This document shows positions 38,482 through 48,384 of a DNA stretch of 64,000 bases, in pieces; position 1 is the first letter of the stretch, and each line of letters opens with the position of its first letter. Source of the stretch: Alphaproteobacteria bacterium (lineage in GTDB: Bacteria; Pseudomonadota; Alphaproteobacteria; JAUXUR01). The notes beneath the pieces are model-generated. The model did no database searches. It was given only the letters and a program-made list of their open reading frames with translations, and was not told the origin of the DNA. The translations under genes were made by a program, and so were the position numbers. Where the stretch lies: contig JAUXUR010000026.1 of assembly GCA_030680745.1 (NCBI GenBank), forward strand, positions 1,899-65,898, written 5' to 3'.

Positions 38482-39653
38482 AAAATGAAGTTAAATCTAT
38501 ATACGTTGTTGCGGGCGAAGCATCGGGAGATCTTTTAGGCGGTCGCTTACTTAAAGCTTTACATGAAAAATTGGATGGCCAAGTTCAGTTTTTTGGTGTC
38601 GGTGGCGAGACAATGCAAGAAGCTGGTCTTCAGTCTTTGTTTCCCATGACAGATTTATCCGTTATGGGTTTTACTGAAGTTCTGCCAAAATTGCCTTTAT
38701 TGATGCGACGTTTAAAAGAAACAGAACAACATATAAAAATTCAACGACCAGATGCTTTAATTACAATTGATGCGCCTGGTTTTAATTTTAGACTCGCTAA
38801 AAAACTTCAGAAACATCCTTTTCCGATCATTCATTATGTAGCGCCTTCTGTTTGGGCCTATCATAAAGAACGCGCTAAAAAATGTGCTGCTTTCTTAGAT
38901 CATTTGCTCACTCTTTTGCCTTTTGAGCCGCCTTATTTTACCGAGCATAATTTGTCGACGACTTTTGTAGGTCACTCTATTCTTGAGTCAGGTGCTGATC
39001 AAGCTGATGGTGAAAGATTTAGACAAAAATATAAGATTGATCCATCAATACCACTGATTGGTATATTGCCAGGTAGTCGGGTTATGGAAATCAATCGATT
39101 GGCGCCTATTTTTGCTAAAAGTTTTGAAAAATTATCCTATTTTTATCCGCAAGCAAAAGCAATTGTGCCTTGTTTGCCTCATTTGACACCCCAAATAAAA
39201 CAGATTTTTCGTCGTGAATTAGGGATGCTTTATGATCAGGTTGTTTTTGTTAAAGATGTTAGTCAAAAATATGACGCGATGGCGGCGTGTAATGTAGCCA
39301 TTGCAGCATCCGGAACAGTCACCTTAGAACTTGCGCTTGCAAAAGTACCAATGGTTGTTGCGTATCGTTTAAACCCTTTGACGGCAATGCTCGCAAAACG
39401 TGTATTAACGCTTGATTATGTTACGCTTGTTAATATTTTGCAAAATAAAGAGATTATTCCTGAATTTTTGCAGGAAAATTGTACCCCTGATAATATTGCG
39501 CTCTCTGTTGAGTCAATCCTTAAAAACCCTAAAAAAGCATTACAGCAACTTGAGCAAACAGAAATTTCTTTAAAAATGTTGCGCGCAGATGGTGCAAATC
39601 CAAGTGAAAAAGCGGCTGATGCAATCTTAGGTGTTCTAGGAAAAGTTTATTAA
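38478..39653 (+). CDS. lpxB: Lipid-A-disaccharide synthase
   Basis: IYVVAGEASGDLLGGRL N-terminus and GT19 layout. GTG start overlaps the lpxI stop (GTGA). Confidence 0.95.
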   Translation: MKNEVKSIYVVAGEASGDLLGGRLLKALHEKLDGQVQFFGVGGETMQEAGLQSLFPMTDLSVMGFTEVLPKLPLLMRRLKETEQHIKIQRPDALITIDAPGFNFRLAKKLQKHPFPIIHYVAPSVWAYHKERAKKCAAFLDHLLTLLPFEPPYFTEHNLSTTFVGHSILESGADQADGERFRQKYKIDPSIPLIGILPGSRVMEINRLAPIFAKSFEKLSYFYPQAKAIVPCLPHLTPQIKQIFRRELGMLYDQVVFVKDVSQKYDAMAACNVAIAASGTVTLELALAKVPMVVAYRLNPLTAMLAKRVLTLDYVTLVNILQNKEIIPEFLQENCTPDNIALSVESILKNPKKALQQLEQTEISLKMLRADGANPSEKAADAILGVLGKVY

Positions 39654-39713
39654 CTTGACTTAATAGACGTTAAAATGCTTATATAGTTTCAGTTTTCATA
39701 ATAATAAGATAAT

Positions 39714-39836
39714 TATACCCAAACAATTTCAAAGTGTGGGTAGGAAAATGAGTAGTGAGACATGCGATGTGTATTCTTTATACATGAGCAATGCGAATCT
39801 CAAAATTTGACGACCTCCACAATTAGAAAGAGTTGG
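39714..39836 (+). repeat. ~123-bp palindromic-ended element, copy 1 (family also at 45312 and 50134)
   Basis: TATACCCAAACAATTTCAAAGTGTGGGTAGGAAAATGAGTAGTGAG...GCGAATCTCAAAATTTGACGACCTCCACAATTAGAAAGAG. It ends 8 nt before the ATG at 39841. Confidence 0.8.
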
Positions 39837-39840
39837 GTAT

Positions 39841-40665
39841 ATGCGTTGTACAACCTTTGCGACGGCAGATTCATACAAGATTAACGACTTATTAGCTTTC
39901 TTTGAATCTAAAGGCTTTAATCCTAAACATTATAACGGCGTTATTCACTTAAAATCGATTATGCCACCTAAGGATGATGAACAAGGCCCTAAATTAAAAG
40001 GCGATGCTTTTTTCTTTGTGTATGGTTGCGTTAATTTTTGGGGACTTACGCAAGAAGAAGAGAAGCATTTTATTAAGATGATCAAGCCATATGAGCTTGG
40101 ATCTTTACAAAATGCGATTCAAGATTATTCCACCTATTTAATGGGTCAAGAAACTGAAATTGACGAAGAAAACGATCGCATTGTTTTATCAAATAATGAT
40201 GATCTTATCAAATTATCGATTGCACATGCATTAACGCAATCGGTTAAACTTTCTTCTTTTGAAGTATTTGTTGATAAAACAATCGAAAGTATGGGCGATT
40301 TACCTACTGAGTTTTCAACTCAAGGTAAAATTTTACTTTCACGAAAAAAATTATCTCAAAAAATTGGCGCCTTATTTTCCGTCCGACATAAAATTAATCT
40401 TCATAGCGATATCCTTGATACGCCTGAATTTTTTTGGCGTCGCCCAAGATATGAGCCCTATTATCTGATGGCAGCAGATTATATGGACATTCAAACACGT
40501 ATTGAAATTTTGAATAAACGTTTAGATGTTATCAGAGAATTCTATGAAATTTTATCAACTGAATTAAATCACCATCATTCCGTACGACTTGAAATTGTCG
40601 TTATTATTTTGATTGCCATGGAAGTAGTTATTGGATTGTCGCATATATTCAATATTTGGAAGTAA
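39841..40665 (+). CDS. RMD1/DUF155 family protein with a C-terminal TM helix
   Basis: MRCTTFATADSYKINDL..., ...FFFVYGCVNFWG..., ...LSIAHALTQSVKLSSFE..., and a C-terminal IVVIILIAMEVVIGL match the DUF155 layout. Confidence 0.75.
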   Translation: MRCTTFATADSYKINDLLAFFESKGFNPKHYNGVIHLKSIMPPKDDEQGPKLKGDAFFFVYGCVNFWGLTQEEEKHFIKMIKPYELGSLQNAIQDYSTYLMGQETEIDEENDRIVLSNNDDLIKLSIAHALTQSVKLSSFEVFVDKTIESMGDLPTEFSTQGKILLSRKKLSQKIGALFSVRHKINLHSDILDTPEFFWRRPRYEPYYLMAADYMDIQTRIEILNKRLDVIREFYEILSTELNHHHSVRLEIVVIILIAMEVVIGLSHIFNIWK

Positions 40666-41200
40666 TCATATTATTCATAATATAGGACAAAAAATTAAAC
40701 TGGGATCATTTTTTCTCCGGTATTATGGTTTTGTTGTTTTTCTATAGGGTGATTATATTCTTTCTATGCTTTGAATGCACCCTTAATGTCTTTTATGGGA
40801 TGCCTAAGGAAGCAAATTGTTTAGCTTCTTTTTGAGATAAATTGCAAAGTAATTCATAGAAGTATAAGTAGTTAATTTTGTCTTTTGATAATCCAGAGAA
40901 TTCAGTTTTTTTCCTTCAAAACCATCATATTTGTCAAATATCTTTGAAATTATTTAACCGTACGAAGTAGGAAGTTTTATTTATGTGTTTTGAAATATTA
41001 ACCTCTTTGCTCGATGGTATTATTTTTTAAGAATGAACGTTTATTAAAGTAATAAATTAATATAAAGAAAAACAAATGTTATTTCGGTGCATTAATTTAA
41101 ACAAACAAACAAAAAATAAAAATGTTGCAAATTAAAAAAAATACTATACTATGAAAAATAATAGATTTGTATGTAATTAAACTTAAAAAGGAAATTTAAG

Positions 41201-43372
41201 ATGAAAAAAACTATTTTTTATTTAATGTCGGCCATCACATTTTCAAATAATTTAATGGCTATTGGTAGTGATCAAGAAAAAAGAAGTATAGGATATGAAG
41301 ATTGTACAAGCTCTTCCTCTTCCTCCTCTTCCTCCTCTTCCTCCTCTTCCTCCTCTTCCTCCTCTTCCTCCTCTTCCTCCTCTTCCTCCTCCTCTTCCTC
41401 CTCCTCTTCATTTGAGGATAATAGTCAATCGAAAAATACGAAAGTTTTATTTACCCTAGGTGAAGGTGATGAAGCAGAAATTAGAATTTTCGGCGAAACA
41501 ATTAAAAAATTTTATAGCAAAGAAAAAGTTATTGTTAATGTAAATGATTATTTAGAAAAACAAGAAGGATATGAAATTGTATGTAAACTTAACGGCGAAG
41601 AAAAATTTAAGCTTTTAGGTGTTGTATATTTTTATAAAAAACTAGAAAATTCTATTATATTTATTCACCACTATGACGGTAATATCTTTTTTGATAATAA
41701 CAATCAAAATGTTAGCGTTCAACTTATGCCTGTTGCCATAGGTGTGTATTGGAATGATTTATCGAAAGTTCATCTTGAATATAAAAGAAATAAATTACGT
41801 ATTTTTTATAATGAAAAAATTCTTACTTCTAATTTAGACTTTAATTATGATAATGGTACTGAAAATCCTGTTGCGGCACAAGGAATTGAAAATGTAATGG
41901 GTTATGCACAAACATCTGCTGAGCTTAGGAGAAGATCAATTAACACGTTGAATGATATTGCGATTCCCTTTAAAGAAGTCTATATTCCAAGCAATTTTTT
42001 AGACTTAACCTTTCAAGTTGTTAAAGATGAGATTCGTAGGCTTGATAAAATAGCAAGAGATAGGTTTAATAGAAAAACTGAAACACTCTGGAGGAATGAT
42101 CTGGATAACGTGCTAAGGGTGTTGGATGGAGATGGATATAACAAATCCAGGGATTACTATAATTTAAGAAATGAAAACGATGATGTTAAAAATATTTTCA
42201 TTAATATTGTCTTGATTATTCAGCATTATAAATTCAAGGAGGGTAATATTCGTGACTTGCTCATGGAAGCTCTTATTAGAGCTTTGGCGAATTGTATTGA
42301 ATCGGATGGACATAGGGTTTGCCATATAGGAAAATCTGCGAGATTATTGAATGTTCTTCAGGGGTATATTCCAAATGTTGGCCTTGATCAAGAAAGTCAA
42401 AATCCAGCAGTTGTTCGTAGTCCCTCAGAGATTTTGTTAGGTCTTAATAGTGAAATAGATGAATATGTTGGAAAGAACGAGCTTTTGTCAAATGTTTATT
42501 ACCTGTGTGAATTTGATAATATAGAAAAAGGTAAATTCTTTAATCTTCACAATGCATTTATTAAAAAGATGAACAAAAAAATTAAAGATGTGGTTCAAGG
42601 ATTATATCGTGACAATCCTGAATTGAAGTACAAATTAAGAATAAAATACGCAGAAAAAATTATATTTTTTGAAAACGCAGCTTACAATTTACTTAAAATG
42701 TCTACGAAAGATTTTGAAAATTTGCTTTCTTTTCTTTTTAAAGAATATGAAGAATACGAAACTATTAAAGCTAACGCAACTTATGGTGCGTACAAGGCTT
42801 TTGAGGATTTTGAAGCAAGAGATGCGTCAAATATATTAATTGATTCTCTTAAGGGTCAATTGTCGAAGGCGCAACTTGATCTATGTTCATCACAAGTATT
42901 AGGGACTTATCCCTGGAGGTGTTTACCGGTTGATCCACATCATAAAATTGCATTTCTTATGGGAATTAAGAATCTTACAGATGAGCAAGTAGCTTCTATT
43001 AAAAACAATTTCCTTCTAAGGTTTCAACCAAAAGATTGTGGGGATGTCTTAAATTGTTTTGTTGAGCTCGATCCAGAGATGATTGAAGCTATCACCGACT
43101 CCAATTTATTTGATGGTTATGGTGACAAGCTAGATTGGACCAAAAAGCTAACAGAAGAATGCAAAAATAGTAGACCGGTAATAATTAGAATCATATCTGA
43201 GCGTAAATTGTTTGGAAGAAATATAGATATAAATGAAAAGATTGAAATATTAAGGCGTCAGATAGACGAATTGTCTGGCAAAGATGAAGCAGAGCTTAAT
43301 GATATTTTTCAGGATATGGTAAGAAAAAATGAGGAAATGTACGCTTTTTTTAAGAGTTATGGTTTAACTTGA
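41201..43372 (+). CDS. Hypothetical secreted protein with a 34-residue poly-serine tract
   Basis: Signal peptide MKKTIFYLMSAITFSNNLMA, AAAGGA RBS, AT-rich. No family recognised. Confidence 0.7.
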   Translation: MKKTIFYLMSAITFSNNLMAIGSDQEKRSIGYEDCTSSSSSSSSSSSSSSSSSSSSSSSSSSSSSSSSSSFEDNSQSKNTKVLFTLGEGDEAEIRIFGETIKKFYSKEKVIVNVNDYLEKQEGYEIVCKLNGEEKFKLLGVVYFYKKLENSIIFIHHYDGNIFFDNNNQNVSVQLMPVAIGVYWNDLSKVHLEYKRNKLRIFYNEKILTSNLDFNYDNGTENPVAAQGIENVMGYAQTSAELRRRSINTLNDIAIPFKEVYIPSNFLDLTFQVVKDEIRRLDKIARDRFNRKTETLWRNDLDNVLRVLDGDGYNKSRDYYNLRNENDDVKNIFINIVLIIQHYKFKEGNIRDLLMEALIRALANCIESDGHRVCHIGKSARLLNVLQGYIPNVGLDQESQNPAVVRSPSEILLGLNSEIDEYVGKNELLSNVYYLCEFDNIEKGKFFNLHNAFIKKMNKKIKDVVQGLYRDNPELKYKLRIKYAEKIIFFENAAYNLLKMSTKDFENLLSFLFKEYEEYETIKANATYGAYKAFEDFEARDASNILIDSLKGQLSKAQLDLCSSQVLGTYPWRCLPVDPHHKIAFLMGIKNLTDEQVASIKNNFLLRFQPKDCGDVLNCFVELDPEMIEAITDSNLFDGYGDKLDWTKKLTEECKNSRPVIIRIISERKLFGRNIDINEKIEILRRQIDELSGKDEAELNDIFQDMVRKNEEMYAFFKSYGLT
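41309..41410 (+). repeat. In-frame TCT/TCC microsatellite (roughly 9-bp unit TCTTCCTCC) encoding poly-Ser
   Basis: 102 nt of uninterrupted Ser codons, read directly. Confidence 0.9.
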
Positions 43373-43578
43373 TGCGTCAAGCGGGGTGGGATCCGACAGA
43401 TTTAATTGAAAGTAGACGTCAAAAAAGGCTTGTTGCAGGGTCTTCAAGTTCTTTGCAAAATCGTCAACATCTTAGTACAGCACCATTGTATTTTGAGTTT
43501 GCGGCTGAACCTCAAGAAAGTTTTGATGAAGAGGTAGGTCCGTCTTCTTCTAATGCTTTTGATGAACAAAATAATTAA
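43372..43578 (+). CDS. Small acidic protein, possibly translationally coupled to the preceding gene
   Basis: The ATG overlaps the upstream TGA (TGATG). 68 aa, no family. Coding status uncertain. Confidence 0.35.
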   Translation: MRQAGWDPTDLIESRRQKRLVAGSSSSLQNRQHLSTAPLYFEFAAEPQESFDEEVGPSSSNAFDEQNN

Positions 43579-43765
43579 TTTTCATTTTAAGAAGAATGGG
43601 GTTGTGGGCATTTTTTAGAAAAATCTAAAAAGTGCTTATCATCCTTTTTTTACTCAATTTGTATAGTTTTTTTTAAAATAAGTTGATTTTGTATTTCGGG
43701 TTAGTCGAATTTTAGGTCTGATTTAGGAAGTAAGAAGGAAAGCAAGATTTTTTAAAAAAAGGGGC

Positions 43766-43794
43766 TTGAAAGATTGTGCTTAAGTGTGTATCTT
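43766..43794 (+). promoter_or_regulatory. Candidate promoter for tRNA-Thr
   Basis: TTGAAA (43766-43771), 17-nt spacer, TATCTT (43789-43794), 26 nt upstream of the mature tRNA 5' end. Confidence 0.35.
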
Positions 43795-43820
43795 CTCTTC
43801 TTATGAACACATCAATAAAT

Positions 43821-43895
43821 GCCGGTTTAGCTCAGGGGTAGAGCAACTGATTTGTAATCAGTGGGTCGGGGGTTCAAATCCCTCTTCCGGCACCA
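43821..43895 (+). tRNA. tRNA-Thr (anticodon TGT)
   Basis: GCCGGTT-TA-GCTC-AGGGGTA-GAGC-A-ACTGA-TTTGTAA-TCAGT-GGGTC-GGGGG-TTCAAAT-CCCTC-TTCCGGC-A-CCA. Standard cloverleaf, but positions 6:67 and 7:66 are T-T mismatches. Confidence 0.85.
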
Positions 43896-43913
43896 TTTCC
43901 AAGATTTCATTAT

Positions 43914-44387
43914 ATGCTTAAAATAGATTACCTCAAGAATCATTCTCATTTTATACCCGTATTAGCGCGCTGGATTTTTGATGCTTGGGGAAGTTATAAT
44001 ACAGATTCTACTATTGAAAAAATTCAGCAAAAATTAACAGCTCATTTAAATGCTCATTGTTTGCCGCTGACTTTAATTGCCCTTAGGGATAATGTGCCTA
44101 TTGGTATGGCAAGTCTTCGGGTATCTGATGGGTGTGAGCATCTAGGTCGTAGTTTTACACCATGGCTTGCTTCTTTGTTTGTCGTTCAGCAAGAACGGTC
44201 AAAAGGGATTGCTGCACGATTAATTCAAGAAATTCTTCAAAAAGCAAAAGATTTAGGTTTTTCGGAATGTTATTTGTTAACATTTGAAAAAATACTTGTT
44301 AAATATTATGAATCATTGGGTTGGCATTATCTTCAAGAGGATGTTTATAATGTTCATCCTATTAGTATTATGAAGATAAACACTTAA
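43914..44387 (+). CDS. GNAT family N-acetyltransferase
   Basis: Acetyl-CoA binding motif region LFVVQQERSKGIAARLIQEILQKAKDLGFSECYLLT (Q/RxxGxG/A-like). 157 aa. Confidence 0.8.
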   Translation: MLKIDYLKNHSHFIPVLARWIFDAWGSYNTDSTIEKIQQKLTAHLNAHCLPLTLIALRDNVPIGMASLRVSDGCEHLGRSFTPWLASLFVVQQERSKGIAARLIQEILQKAKDLGFSECYLLTFEKILVKYYESLGWHYLQEDVYNVHPISIMKINT

Positions 44388-44392
44388 TTATA

Positions 44393-44743
44393 TTAAGCGC
44401 TGTGATTGCATTTAAGGGAGGTTTTACCTAGTAAAAAACTACGTTTAGATGTACTAATTGTAAGCTTTGTTTTACTATTTGATTTTATTTTGTTTGGATC
44501 AATCGTGCAACTGCCAGGATTAACGCCTGGTGCGTTGCTGCTTACGTTTGCTGTAACATTATTTGAGAAGAAAACGTCTAAAGATTCTAGAGTCCCACCG
44601 GTAATGTTGGCAGATTTGTTGCCGACAGAAACGTACACTTTGTATGAAGTTTTATTATTAATATCTAATTGATGTGCATTTGTTATTGATGAAAACCCAA
44701 CAAATCCAAGTGTTAAGATTGATAATAAAGCTTTTATATTCAT
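44393..44743 (-). CDS. Small secreted protein, unknown function
   Basis: Start moved to the ATG at 44743 (GGAGAG RBS upstream). Signal peptide MNIKALLSILTLGFVGFSSITNA. Confidence 0.6.
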   Translation of the reverse strand: MNIKALLSILTLGFVGFSSITNAHQLDINNKTSYKVYVSVGNKSANITGGTLESLDVFFSNNVTANVSSNAPGVNPGSCTIDPNKIKSNSKTKLTISTSKRSFLLGKTSLKCNHSA

Positions 44744-44942
44744 TTTGAGCTCTCCAGCGATATAAACAGTTCTCAATTCTATTTTGCTGTAAATTAGTTA
44801 AATATTCGTAAAAAAGGAAGGTGTGCTTAAAATCCACGCTCCTGTCGTAAAATTGCTTTCTAAGTATGTTGCCCACTTATATATTCAATTCAATAATGGT
44901 AAAATGCAGCATATTAAGTGGCTGCTTTACGATGGGGCGAAT

Positions 44943-45308
44943 ATGGAAGCGTTGTTAAAAGATTATCTGCCTATTCTCATGTTTTTAGGGGTTGCTTTGG
45001 GCCTTGCTTCTGTCCTTGTAATTGCATCTTATATTTTATCAAAACGTAAACCCGATGCTGAAAAATTATCTGCTTATGAATGTGGTTTTGCCCCTTTTGA
45101 AGATTCGCGAACACAATTTGATGTACGGTTTTATCTTGTTACCATCCTATTTATTATTTTTGATTTAGAGGTTGCTTTTCTGTTTCCCTGGGCTATTACC
45201 CTTAAAGAAACAGGCATTGTAGGATTTTTGGCAGCTTTTATATTTTTAGCTATTTTAACAATTGGCTTTGTCTATGAGTGGAAAAAAGGGGCTTTGGAAT
45301 GGGAATAA
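44943..45308 (+). CDS. nuoA: NADH-quinone oxidoreductase subunit A
   Basis: The 121-aa core [16 protein letters not shown]...YECGF.PF.....[22 protein letters not shown] matches NuoA. The upstream 40 codons of the tracked ORF were judged non-coding. Confidence 0.9.
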   Translation: MEALLKDYLPILMFLGVALGLASVLVIASYILSKRKPDAEKLSAYECGFAPFEDSRTQFDVRFYLVTILFIIFDLEVAFLFPWAITLKETGIVGFLAAFIFLAILTIGFVYEWKKGALEWE

Positions 45309-45311
45309 AAG

Positions 45312-45434
45312 GTTACTCGAATTATTTCAAAATGTGGGTAGGAAAACGCGTGGTGAGCAAGCGGAATGTATTCTTCATACTTGAGCATTGCGAATCCCAA
45401 AGTCTGACGCCCTCCACAGTTTGAAAGAAGAAGA
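45312..45434 (+). repeat. ~123-bp palindromic-ended element, copy 2 (nuoA-nuoB spacer)
   Basis: GTTACTCGAATTATTTCAAAATGTGGGTAGGAAAACGCGTGGTGAG...GCGAATCCCAAAGTCTGACGCCCTCCACAGTTTGAAAGAAGAAGAG. It ends 4 nt before the nuoB ATG. Confidence 0.8.
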
Positions 45435-45438
45435 GTAA

Positions 45439-45975
45439 ATGAGCCAGATAATCGATTGGCCCGGTTTGCCACAAAACCAAGACCCATTGTTAAAACTTGC
45501 CACAGAGGAATTTAACAACCGGGGATATATACTTGCGCAAATGGATAAATTGACGGCCTGGGCAAGGTCTGGATCCTTATGGCCAATGACTTTTGGTCTG
45601 GCCTGTTGTGCTGTTGAAATGATGCAAACGGCCGCATCTCGATACGATTTGGATCGTTTTGGTGTGGTGTTTAGACCAAGCCCAAGGCAATCAGATGTCA
45701 TGATTGTAGCAGGAACCTTATGCAATAAAATGGCACCCGCTTTACGTAAGGTTTATGACCAAATGGCAGAACCTCGTTATGTGATTTCCATGGGATCTTG
45801 TGCCAATGGCGGTGGGTATTATCATTACTCATATTCTGTTGTGAGGGGCTGCGATCGCATTGTGCCTGTTGATGTTTATGTGCCTGGATGCCCGCCAACG
45901 GCTGAAGCGCTGTTATATGGTATTATGCAGCTTCAAAAGAAGATTCGTCGAACAACACGTTTTGCGCGGGGCTAG
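45439..45975 (+). CDS. nuoB: NADH-quinone oxidoreductase subunit B
   Basis: [27 protein letters not shown] and [11 protein letters not shown] (N2 cluster ligands). Confidence 0.95.
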   Translation: MSQIIDWPGLPQNQDPLLKLATEEFNNRGYILAQMDKLTAWARSGSLWPMTFGLACCAVEMMQTAASRYDLDRFGVVFRPSPRQSDVMIVAGTLCNKMAPALRKVYDQMAEPRYVISMGSCANGGGYYHYSYSVVRGCDRIVPVDVYVPGCPPTAEALLYGIMQLQKKIRRTTRFARG

Positions 45976-45977
45976 GC

Positions 45978-46619
45978 ATGCAAACACAAGCAACAATCGC
46001 ACAATATATAGCAGATACGGTGCCCAAGCTTTTAGAGCGTGTTGAGATTACAAAGCATGCGATCATTTTATGGACGGATCATGCGCGACTTTTGAATTTA
46101 ATGTTATTTTTACGAGATGATGGATCTTGCGCTTTCAAGCAATTGGTAGAATTGACGAGTATTGATTATCCAGAAGAAGTGAATCGTTTTGAAATGGTTT
46201 ATCATTTGCTGAGTCTTCGTTTTAACATGCGTCTTGTTGTAAAATTAAAAACAAATGAAAGTCAGAATGTGCCGTCTGTAACATCGCTTTTTAGATGCGC
46301 TAATTGGATGGAGCGTGAAGCTTGGGATATGTTTGGCATTAAATTTGAAGGACACCCTGATTTGCGTCGACTTTTAACGGATTATGGTTTTGAAGGTCAT
46401 CCCTTGCGTAAAGATTTTCCGCTGACGGGCTTTGTTGAAATGCGTTATGACGATACTGAAAAACGGGTTGTGTATGAACCTGTGTCACTACGCCAAGATT
46501 TCCGTGTGTTTGATTTTGAAAGCCCTTGGGAGGGTATGGCGCATAATGTGTTGAAGAACGTGTTGCCAGGCGATGAAAAAGCGACTTATGATCTGCCATT
46601 AAAGAAGGAGTCTGCTTAA
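45978..46619 (+). CDS. nuoC: NADH-quinone oxidoreductase subunit C
   Basis: [23 protein letters not shown] and operon position. Confidence 0.95.
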   Translation: MQTQATIAQYIADTVPKLLERVEITKHAIILWTDHARLLNLMLFLRDDGSCAFKQLVELTSIDYPEEVNRFEMVYHLLSLRFNMRLVVKLKTNESQNVPSVTSLFRCANWMEREAWDMFGIKFEGHPDLRRLLTDYGFEGHPLRKDFPLTGFVEMRYDDTEKRVVYEPVSLRQDFRVFDFESPWEGMAHNVLKNVLPGDEKATYDLPLKKESA

Positions 46620-47797
46620 TGCCAGATACGCAGATTAAAAATATCACCATTAATTTTGGACCACAACATCCGGCCGCCCATGGTGTGTTAAGGCTTGTAC
46701 TTGAAATGGATGGCGAAATTGTTGAACGTGCTGATCCGCATATCGGATTTTTGCATCGTGGGACTGAAAAATTAATCGAACATAAAAGCTATTTACAGGC
46801 TTTGCCTTATTTTGACAGGCTCGATTACGTGGCGCCGATGAGTCAGGAACATGCTTTTGCACTCGCTGTTGAAAAATTGTTAGGGATTGAGGCACCTATT
46901 CGCGCTCAATATATCCGTGTTCTTTTTGCAGAAATATCACGTATTTTGAATCATTTGCTTAATATTACGACTTTTGCGATTGATGTGGGTGCAATGACAC
47001 CTTTGTTATGGGCGTTTGAAGAACGTGAAAAACTAATGGAATTTTACGAGCGTGTTTCAGGGGCGCGTTTGCACGCGGCCTATATTAGACCAGGCGGTGT
47101 GCATCAAGATTTGCCCGATGGTTTAGTTGAAGATATTTATGCTTTTATGGAGCAATTTCCAAAGGTTTTAGGCGATATTGAAACATTGTTAAACGAGAAT
47201 CGTATTTTTAAGCAACGTACTGTCGATATTGGCATTGTAACCGCAGAAGATGCGTTGGATTGGGGTTTTACAGGTCCCATGTTGCGTGCGTCAGGTGTGC
47301 CGTGGGATTTGCGTAAAGCCCAGCCTTATGATGTGTACGCACAGATGGATTTTGATATTCCGATTGGCAAAACCAATGATTGTTATGCGCGGTATTTAGT
47401 CCGTGTTGAGGAAATGCGTCAAAGTTTACGTATTATGAAACAAGCCTTGGATCAAATGCCAAAGGGTCCTGTTAAAGTTGATAATCGCAAGATTTCAGAG
47501 CCACCTCGTGCCGAGATGAAACAGTCAATGGAAGCCTTGATTCATCATTTCAAATTATATACGGAAGGCTATCACGTGCCTAAAGGTGAAATTTATACAG
47601 CCGTAGAAGCACCAAAAGGTGAGTTCGGCGTGTATTTGATTTCAGATGACAGCAATAAACCGTATCGTTGTAAAATACGTGCGCCAAGTTATTTTGCCTT
47701 ACAAGCCTCTGAATTTATGGGAAAAGGTCATATGCTGGCAGATATGGTGGCAATTGTTGGGGCGATGGATATCGTTTTTGGGGAGATAGATAGATGA
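46619..47797 (+). CDS. nuoD: NADH-quinone oxidoreductase subunit D
   Basis: [16 protein letters not shown] and [13 protein letters not shown]-terminal [11 protein letters not shown] overlaps the nuoC stop. Confidence 0.95.
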   Translation: MPDTQIKNITINFGPQHPAAHGVLRLVLEMDGEIVERADPHIGFLHRGTEKLIEHKSYLQALPYFDRLDYVAPMSQEHAFALAVEKLLGIEAPIRAQYIRVLFAEISRILNHLLNITTFAIDVGAMTPLLWAFEEREKLMEFYERVSGARLHAAYIRPGGVHQDLPDGLVEDIYAFMEQFPKVLGDIETLLNENRIFKQRTVDIGIVTAEDALDWGFTGPMLRASGVPWDLRKAQPYDVYAQMDFDIPIGKTNDCYARYLVRVEEMRQSLRIMKQALDQMPKGPVKVDNRKISEPPRAEMKQSMEALIHHFKLYTEGYHVPKGEIYTAVEAPKGEFGVYLISDDSNKPYRCKIRAPSYFALQASEFMGKGHMLADMVAIVGAMDIVFGEIDR

Positions 47798-48384
47798 ATA
47801 TTCATAAATCAGAAGAATTTTCATTTTCGCCTGAAAATTTGAAACGTGCTCAAGAAATTATGACGCATTACCCTGAAGGACGTCAGCAAAGTGCGTTGCT
47901 TCCTTTATTGGATATAGCGCAACGTCAAAATGGTGGTTGGCTCTCGCGTTATGCACTTGATTATTTAGCGCAATTTTTGGGTATTGCAGCGATTCGTGTT
48001 TACGAAGTTGCTAGTTTTTATTCTATGTTTAATTTGAAGCCTGTTGGTCAACATTTAGTGCAAGTTTGTACGACGACACCTTGCTGGTTGCGTGGTTCTG
48101 ACTCGATTATGGATACATGTAAGTCAAAACTCGGTATTGGTTTGGGCGAAACAACGGCGGATAAACAATTTACCCTTGTAGAAGTTGAGTGTTTGGGTGC
48201 TTGCGTGAACGCACCACTAGTGCAAATCAACGATGATTATTACGAAGATTTAAATGCCGATCAAATGGCTAAAATTATCGATGATCTTAAAGCCGGTAAG
48301 AAAATAGAAATTGGGTCGCAATTGGGACGCAAAGGATCGGCGCCAGAGGGTGGACCACAAGTGTTATGCGAGATAGTGAAATGA
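47794..48384 (+). CDS. nuoE: NADH-quinone oxidoreductase subunit E
   Basis: 2Fe-2S ligand pattern [11 protein letters not shown]...[10 protein letters not shown]. Start overlaps the nuoD stop. Confidence 0.95.
   Translation: MNIHKSEEFSFSPENLKRAQEIMTHYPEGRQQSALLPLLDIAQRQNGGWLSRYALDYLAQFLGIAAIRVYEVASFYSMFNLKPVGQHLVQVCTTTPCWLRGSDSIMDTCKSKLGIGLGETTADKQFTLVEVECLGACVNAPLVQINDDYYEDLNADQMAKIIDDLKAGKKIEIGSQLGRKGSAPEGGPQVLCEIVK

Noticed and set aside
40800-40960. Possible remnant of an HTH/transposase N-terminus on the minus strand (...LSQKEAKQFASLGIP*)
   Set aside because: Only about 35 codons are open, there is no start codon, and the similarity is impressionistic. This is not enough to call a pseudogene.
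43345-43351. T7 slippery run as a -1 programmed frameshift site joining the 723-aa and 68-aa ORFs
   Set aside because: After a -1 slip on this run, the next codon in the new frame is TAA (43351-43353), so it cannot fuse the two ORFs.
44823-44942. 40-codon N-terminal extension of nuoA from a GTG start
   Set aside because: The extension has no NuoA homology. The conserved NuoA sequence and its length begin at the ATG at 44943.
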